From Armatimonadota bacterium (GTDB lineage Bacteria; Armatimonadota; Armatimonadia; Armatimonadales; Armatimonadaceae): 11,719 nucleotides of DNA. The notes under the pieces were generated by a model. It searched no databases and was not told the DNA's origin. It saw only the letters and a list, made by a program, of their open reading frames with translations. Position numbers and translations under genes: made by a program. The stretch is taken from the NCBI GenBank assembly GCA_043754515.1, contig JAYUUO010000151.1, positions 1 to 11,719 of the forward strand, read 5' to 3'. Position 1 is the first letter of the stretch. Each line of letters starts with the position of its first letter. This document shows positions 7,656 to 11,719 of this stretch, in pieces.

Positions 7656-8750
7656 TCACACGATCCGCGTGCCCTTCCCGATCAGCGTGTTAGAGGCGAA
7701 CACGGACGGGTGCGTCACGGTGACGTCTTCCTCGACCCGGCAGTTATTGTCCATGATCACGTTCGATAGGTTCACGCCGTCCCCGACTATGACGTGCTCC
7801 TCCAGAATACAATCCGTCAGGGTCGCGTTGTTGCCGACTTTGCAGTCCGGCCCGATCACGCTCCGCCCGGCGATGGAGGCGCCGGCACCGATGCGTGCGT
7901 TTCTACCGATGTGTACGGTGGGCGCGATGTGCGCCGTCTCGTCCACGAACGCGCCTTCCTCTGCCCAGTAGCCGCGTTCCATCCACGCGCCGGGCACCTC
8001 GACCGTGATTTCGTGGTTCAGGATCGCGTCGGTCGCCTGCCGGTACTGCTCGGGTCGGCCGATGTCGAGCCAGTAGCCGGTCGCGGCGAACGCGAACACC
8101 GGTTTACCCTGCTCCAGTAATTGCGGGTATGTCTCGCGCTCGATGGACACGGGGCGCCCCGTCGGGATCGCGTCCAGTGCCTCCGGCTCCATGATGTAGA
8201 TGCCCGCGTTGATGTAGTCTATGCCAGTCGGCTCCATGTTCGGGTTCGCGGCGAGCATCTTTTTGGTCGCTTCACTCGGTTCGCGGAACTCTCTGACCCG
8301 CCCGTGTTCGTCGGTGATGATCACGCCGTACGGCGAGGGCGAGGGGACATCTTTGAGCGTCAAAGTCACCAAGGCGTGGTTGTCCTTGTGGAACCGGATG
8401 ATTTCGGACAGATCGAAGTCGGTCAACACGTCACCGTTGAGCACCACGAATGTGTCCCGGCCGGTCAGGTTCTGCGCGTTCTTGATCGCGCCGGCAGTGC
8501 CGAGCGGCGTGTCCTCGATCGCGTAGCGCATGGAGACACCGAACTTCGAGCCGTCCCCGAAGTGCCCCTGTATCTTATCCGCCATGTAGTTCGTGCAGAA
8601 GATCACCTCGTCAATGCCGTGCCGCTTCAGGAGTGCCACCTGATACTCCAGAAAGGCGCGGTTGACGACGGGGATCAGCGGCTTGGGGCGCGAATAGGTC
8701 AGCGGACGGAGACGGGTTCCAGCCCCGCCAGCGATAATAATGCCCTTCAT
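7656..8750 (-). CDS. NDP-sugar pyrophosphorylase (mannose-1-phosphate guanylyltransferase-like) with C-terminal hexapeptide-repeat beta-helix
   Basis: Motifs IAGGAGTRLRPLT..RPKPL, PLGTAGA, VLNGDV, INAGIY and YWLDIG, then left-handed beta-helix repeats. Confidence 0.92.
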   Translation of the reverse strand: MKGIIIAGGAGTRLRPLTYSRPKPLIPVVNRAFLEYQVALLKRHGIDEVIFCTNYMADKIQGHFGDGSKFGVSMRYAIEDTPLGTAGAIKNAQNLTGRDTFVVLNGDVLTDFDLSEIIRFHKDNHALVTLTLKDVPSPSPYGVIITDEHGRVREFREPSEATKKMLAANPNMEPTGIDYINAGIYIMEPEALDAIPTGRPVSIERETYPQLLEQGKPVFAFAATGYWLDIGRPEQYRQATDAILNHEITVEVPGAWMERGYWAEEGAFVDETAHIAPTVHIGRNARIGAGASIAGRSVIGPDCKVGNNATLTDCILEEHVIVGDGVNLSNVIMDNNCRVEEDVTVTHPSVFASNTLIGKGTRIV

Positions 8751-9619
8751 ACGAGGTCGTGTTCCTTGTGTTCTGTCATAATGCTTGAAAGGTCGCGGCG
8801 GAACGCCGCCCCCGTCTCTCCGTCCGCCAGCGCGAACAGCACGAACGCGCGGTAGTAGGAGTCGAACCCGCCGATGTCGTGCCGCGATTCTCCCGCGGCG
8901 AGCGGTTCGGCAATCCCGGTATGCCCCCGCGCGAGTAACTGTCGCAAAGCGTCCGTCAGCGACAACTCGCCGCTCGCGTCAAGAGGCGACCGGCGTAGCG
9001 CGTCGAACACCGCGAACGGCAAGACATATCGGGCGGATGCCGCGAAACGACTCGGTGCTTGCGCGGGTGATGGTTTCTCCACGATATTCTGTATTGCGAA
9101 AGAAGTAAAACAACCGTCTTCCCCCGCCGGGGTGGACGGCTCCACGATACCGTACCGGGAGACCAACTCCTCCGGGACGCGTTGCACCGCGAGTGCGAGG
9201 GTGCGCGCGTCCGCGTCCGCGTGGCGCATCAGCCGCCGCGTCAATCCCCCCGGCACCGGCTCGCGGATCACCGCGTCCCCGAGCGCGAGTAGGAACGGGC
9301 GGTCCGGTTCCAGAAGCGGTTCCGCGCACGCCACGGCATCCCCGAGGCCGCGCGCCTCTGTCTGCAACGCGTAGCCGAACTCAGTAGCCCCGTCCCCCGC
9401 CCCGATCACACCACGCAGGAGCGATTCCTTGGCGGGCGAGACGACGAAGATAACGCGCCGTATACCCGCCGCTCCGAGTTCCGCGACCAGATGTTGCAAT
9501 GCCGTCCGGCGTCCGAGCGGTAGCAATTCTTTAGGCAGGGCATCGGAGAGCGGCCGCATCCGGCTCCCTTTACCGGCTACGGGAACGACCGCTTCTGTCA
9601 CGCTAGCCTGCTCATTCAT
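8747..9619 (-). CDS. galU: UTP--glucose-1-phosphate uridylyltransferase-like sugar-phosphate nucleotidyltransferase
   Basis: Motifs AVVPVAGKGSRMRP..LPKELLP, Q..ARGLGDAV, LGD, SRYGIV, IVEKP, RYV, GELSLTDA and RHDIG. ATGA overlap with the next gene. Start taken at 9619; an in-frame ATG also lies at 9661. Confidence 0.8.
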   Translation of the reverse strand: MNEQASVTEAVVPVAGKGSRMRPLSDALPKELLPLGRRTALQHLVAELGAAGIRRVIFVVSPAKESLLRGVIGAGDGATEFGYALQTEARGLGDAVACAEPLLEPDRPFLLALGDAVIREPVPGGLTRRLMRHADADARTLALAVQRVPEELVSRYGIVEPSTPAGEDGCFTSFAIQNIVEKPSPAQAPSRFAASARYVLPFAVFDALRRSPLDASGELSLTDALRQLLARGHTGIAEPLAAGESRHDIGGFDSYYRAFVLFALADGETGAAFRRDLSSIMTEHKEHDLV

Positions 9620-9625
9620 GGTTAT

Positions 9626-9680
9626 AAAAAAGAAAAAGGACGCCTGACAGGGCGGCGTCATAGCCGCCCGGCGCGTCCTT
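9626..9680 (-). terminator. Intrinsic terminator or attenuator immediately upstream of the galU-like start
   Basis: AAGGACGC-gcc-GGGCGGC-tatgac-GCCGCCC-tgtcag-GCGTCCTT, with the 3' end running into the U tract TTTTTCTTTTTT. Confidence 0.8.
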
Positions 9681-9707
9681 ACGTCATTGGTTCACAAAAC
9701 TGGTATC

Positions 9708-9736
9708 AGGATAGCACGAATCGTTATAGGTGTCAA
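9708..9736 (-). promoter_or_regulatory. Sigma70-type promoter TTGACA-N17-TATCCT with extended -10 TG
   Basis: Perfect -35 (9736-9731), 17-nt spacer and TGc-TATCCT (hexamer 9713-9708). Predicted start site about 9701. Confidence 0.75.
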
Positions 9737-9744
9737 AGTGGGAA

Positions 9745-9865
9745 GGTGCCGTTCCAGGGCGACTGCCTGATACTCATGTTGCTAGCTTCAGGTATGTTTG
9801 CGGGTGCGTGGCGTAAGTGTTTCCGCCAGGTCGCCGCGCATTCGAGTTGTGGAAGTCGCCGAACC
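9745..9865 (-). ncRNA. Candidate structured non-coding RNA with loose 6S-like features
   Basis: Hand-found nested helices: GTTC/GAAC plus GGCGACT/AGTCGCC closing stem; TGCG/CGCA plus TGGCG/CGCCA arm; CCTGA/TCAGG arm. Family assignment is unverified. Confidence 0.4.
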
Positions 9866-9941
9866 ATAATGCAATCGGCCTGAGCGGGGCGGTTAAGTCC
9901 TGGCGTAACCGGAGCCGCCGTTCGAGCGTCTCTATAGCGAT

Positions 9942-10595
9942 ATGGGCATTTTTCTCTTGTTATTGGTCGCCGGATATATCGCCTACCGGTTTGTCGCGGA
10001 CCGGGCGGACGACGCGCGTCAGGCGTCTCGCGATACGCAAAGGATAGCACAGCGCCGTGCCGCTCTGGTGCGCGACTCGAACGCCCCGTCCTCGCACGAG
10101 GCATTCGGCGACGCCCTGCGCGAAGCCTCCCGCTATCGGGAGGCACTCGTTGCTTACGAAACCGCCGAGCGGCTGATGGCGGGTGGCGAGGCGACCGGCG
10201 TCGGGATACTGGGCGGCGGCGGTATCGAGAACAAGATCCGTCTGACGCGTTTGGATTTGACCGAGGAGGCTGAGCGGCCCGCGTCTTATCTGGCGCAGGT
10301 CGCGCGGCGCGAAAGCGTGTGCCGCCAGTGTGGCGCGCTCAACACCGCCGACGCGACGCACTGCGTGCAATGCGGGCTGGATCTGCCGACCAATACGTTC
10401 CTAGAAACGTGGCACCGCGACGAGATCCGGCGTCCAATTTTGCGCGAGATCCGCGAAGGGGTAATGATTATCGCGGTTGTGTTGCTTGCCCTTTATCTGT
10501 CCTCGTGGATGCCGATTGAGATCCAGGGATTGCTTCTCATTTCCACAATCTGCGTCCTCGGATGGAAGGGGTTGAAGGCGATCACGGATAAGTAG
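9942..10595 (+). CDS. Membrane protein with TPR-like repeat and zinc ribbon
   Basis: N-terminal TM helix; TPR-like HEAFGDALREASRYREALVAYETAERL; CRQCG-x9-CVQCG; two C-terminal TM helices. Confidence 0.8.
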   Translation: MGIFLLLLVAGYIAYRFVADRADDARQASRDTQRIAQRRAALVRDSNAPSSHEAFGDALREASRYREALVAYETAERLMAGGEATGVGILGGGGIENKIRLTRLDLTEEAERPASYLAQVARRESVCRQCGALNTADATHCVQCGLDLPTNTFLETWHRDEIRRPILREIREGVMIIAVVLLALYLSSWMPIEIQGLLLISTICVLGWKGLKAITDK

Positions 10596-10632
10596 GTTTG
10601 ATTGGGTGCGTTCGAGGCGGGCGGTAAGCGGG

Positions 10633-10667
10633 TCGGGCGGCGAGGCGTTCGGGCGGCGAGGCGTTCG
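10633..10667 (+). repeat. Tandem repeat, 2 x 16 bp (TCGGGCGGCGAGGCGT) plus the start of a third copy
   Basis: Exact copies at 10633-10648 and 10649-10664, followed by TCG. Confidence 0.85.
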
Positions 10668-10692
10668 TGCGGGGACGGGCGTAGGGTCGGGC

Positions 10693-10725
10693 GGGGGAGC
10701 GGACAATGAATTGTCCGCTCTCTAC
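10693..10725. repeat. REP-like palindrome
   Basis: GAGCGGACAAT-GA-ATTGTCCGCTC is a perfect 11-bp inverted repeat (10697-10720) followed by TCTAC, which reads GTAG on the minus strand, the hallmark end of GTAG-family REPs. Confidence 0.6.
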
Positions 10726-10860
10726 GGACGCCAAATACCATGATTTATTGCCCGCTCAAGCACGTCCGGCATGTTTTCATCTCCATCCGGGTACAAGGGA
10801 CCCAGAAATGGGGCGCGTTTAAGCCGCGTCCCGTCGCAATACTAACGGAGAAACAAACCC

Positions 10861-11382
10861 ATGGAGAGACTGAACATCGGTCTGAATGATGAGACCCGCA
10901 AGACTGTGTCCGACACGCTGAACAAGATCCTGGCCGCCGAGCAGGTGCTGTACATGAAGACCCGTAATTACCACTGGAATGTGGTCGGGCCGCATTTTCA
11001 TTCGCTACACGAACTGTTCGAGGATCAGTACACCGCGCTCGCCGAGTCCATTGATGCCATCGCCGAGCGTATACGTGCTCTGGGCTTCAACGCGACCGGC
11101 ACAATGGCCGAGTACCTGAAGTTGTCCAACCTCGCCGAGGAAGCATCCGCCACCTACCCCGAAGCCAGTGACATGATCGCGCGGCTAGTCGAGGGGCACG
11201 AGAACAACATTCGCACCCTGCGCGAGAAGATTGACATGATCGGTGACGAGTGCCACGACGGGGGTACCGCCGACTTCTTGACCGCGCAGATGGAAACGCA
11301 CGAGAAGATGGCGTGGATGCTTCGCTCGTTCCTCACGGGGCCGTCCACCGAGCATGGCCACACGTCTACCGCTAAGAAGTAG
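10861..11382 (+). CDS. dps: DNA starvation/stationary-phase protection protein Dps
   Basis: KTRNYHWNVVGPHFHSLHELFEDQY and DAIAERIRALG ferroxidase signatures, HEKMAWML, and GGAG SD at 10847-10850. Confidence 0.97.
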   Translation: MERLNIGLNDETRKTVSDTLNKILAAEQVLYMKTRNYHWNVVGPHFHSLHELFEDQYTALAESIDAIAERIRALGFNATGTMAEYLKLSNLAEEASATYPEASDMIARLVEGHENNIRTLREKIDMIGDECHDGGTADFLTAQMETHEKMAWMLRSFLTGPSTEHGHTSTAKK

Positions 11383-11416
11383 CGAAAGATGTGCGCGTTA
11401 GCGTTCTGGTTGTGGG

Positions 11417-11464
11417 AAGGCTCTCTCCGTTGTCGGTACCGACAGCGGGGTGGGCCTTTGCTTT
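11417..11464 (+). terminator. Long-stem intrinsic terminator of dps
   Basis: AAGGCTC-T-CTCCGTTGTCG-gtac-CGACAGCGGGG-T-GGGCCTT followed by TGCTTT. G-U pairs favour the plus strand. Confidence 0.75.
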
Positions 11465-11509
11465 ATGGGATGCGAACGATTTGCGCTGGTCCACCTGTGT
11501 TGCAGAGAA

Positions 11510-11539
11510 AGTGCCACGCCTGAAGAGTGCCGCGCCTGA
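11510..11539 (+). repeat. Direct repeat AGTGCCRCGCCTGA x2, period 16
   Basis: AGTGCCACGCCTGA (11510-11523) and AGTGCCGCGCCTGA (11526-11539), 13/14 identical. Confidence 0.7.
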
Positions 11540-11719
11540 CCCGATCGGCCATGGCCTTAGATCGTGTTTCAGGAGGTATAATCGAGGGCGTCCACAGTCG
11601 GGCGGTTACGCTTGACTTCCGCCCACGCTACCATAACACCGGCTCACAGTGAATCACCACGAAGACATCGCTATGAGCAGACAGTGCAGACAGTTACGAG
11701 ACGCACGGATTCTTGAGAC

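Noticed and set aside
6279..9374. Long antisense or alternative-frame ORFs (6279-6932, 6867-7403, 8121-8855, 8874-9374)
   Set aside because: Shadow ORFs overlapping well-supported genes in GC-rich DNA; Arg/Ser/Ala-rich with no recognisable motifs.
9738..9810. TPP, cobalamin or c-di-AMP (ydaO) riboswitch, SRP RNA, 5S rRNA or hammerhead ribozyme
   Set aside because: Only isolated words match (ACCTGA, GGGAAGG, GAAAC); the required core motifs and their order are absent.
9850..9908. glmS ribozyme (minus-strand CGCCAGGACT resembles its 5' end)
   Set aside because: The AGCGCC cleavage context and the GACGAGG core are missing.
9733..10146. 137-aa minus-strand ORF across the intergenic region
   Set aside because: Arg/Pro-rich, overlaps the TPR gene antisense, no SD and no motif.
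10633..10667. CRISPR array
   Set aside because: Repeats are 16 bp, directly adjacent, have no spacers, and no cas genes are present.
10697..10720. lac-operator-like site (AATTGT..CCGCTC)
   Set aside because: Half-site arrangement differs from lacO and no LacI-family gene is in the window; a REP-like hairpin explains it better.
10773..10794. SigB-type promoter for dps (GTTT-N12-GGGTAC)
   Set aside because: Spacer is shorter than the usual 14-16 nt after GTTT; too weak to list as a feature.
11391..11719. 74-aa ORF at 11391-11615 and a partial ORF from ATG 11673
   Set aside because: The first runs through the dps terminator and has no motif; the second is only 15 codons with no SD and cannot be judged.

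Overview
Bacterial window, mostly GC-rich (about 60-65% by eye). The gene content is reminiscent of Armatimonadota or another Terrabacteria lineage, but that is a low-confidence impression. Left to right: a 5'-truncated CGNR-like zinc-finger protein; a lower-GC M61-like gluzincin metallopeptidase; a Uma2 nuclease-fold gene; an ABC ATPase split by a +1 frameshift at CTT-TAG-T; a divergent cdaA-cdaR (c-di-AMP synthesis) pair followed by a rhomboid protease; a nucleotidyltransferase-like gene with an in-frame amber stop; a coupled galU-like + NDP-sugar pyrophosphorylase operon; a structured 320-bp intergenic region; a TPR/zinc-ribbon membrane protein; a REP-like/G-rich spacer; and dps with its terminator. 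Best leads: (1) a near-consensus promoter, ~76-nt leader and intrinsic terminator ending 6 nt before the galU-like start; (2) an adjacent ~105-120 nt candidate structured RNA; (3) a prfB-like shift site using UAG in the ABC ATPase; (4) a CdaA with substitutions at two adenine-proximal positions and a rhomboid where Firmicutes have glmM. All calls come from reading the sequence by eye; no searches or folding programs were run.
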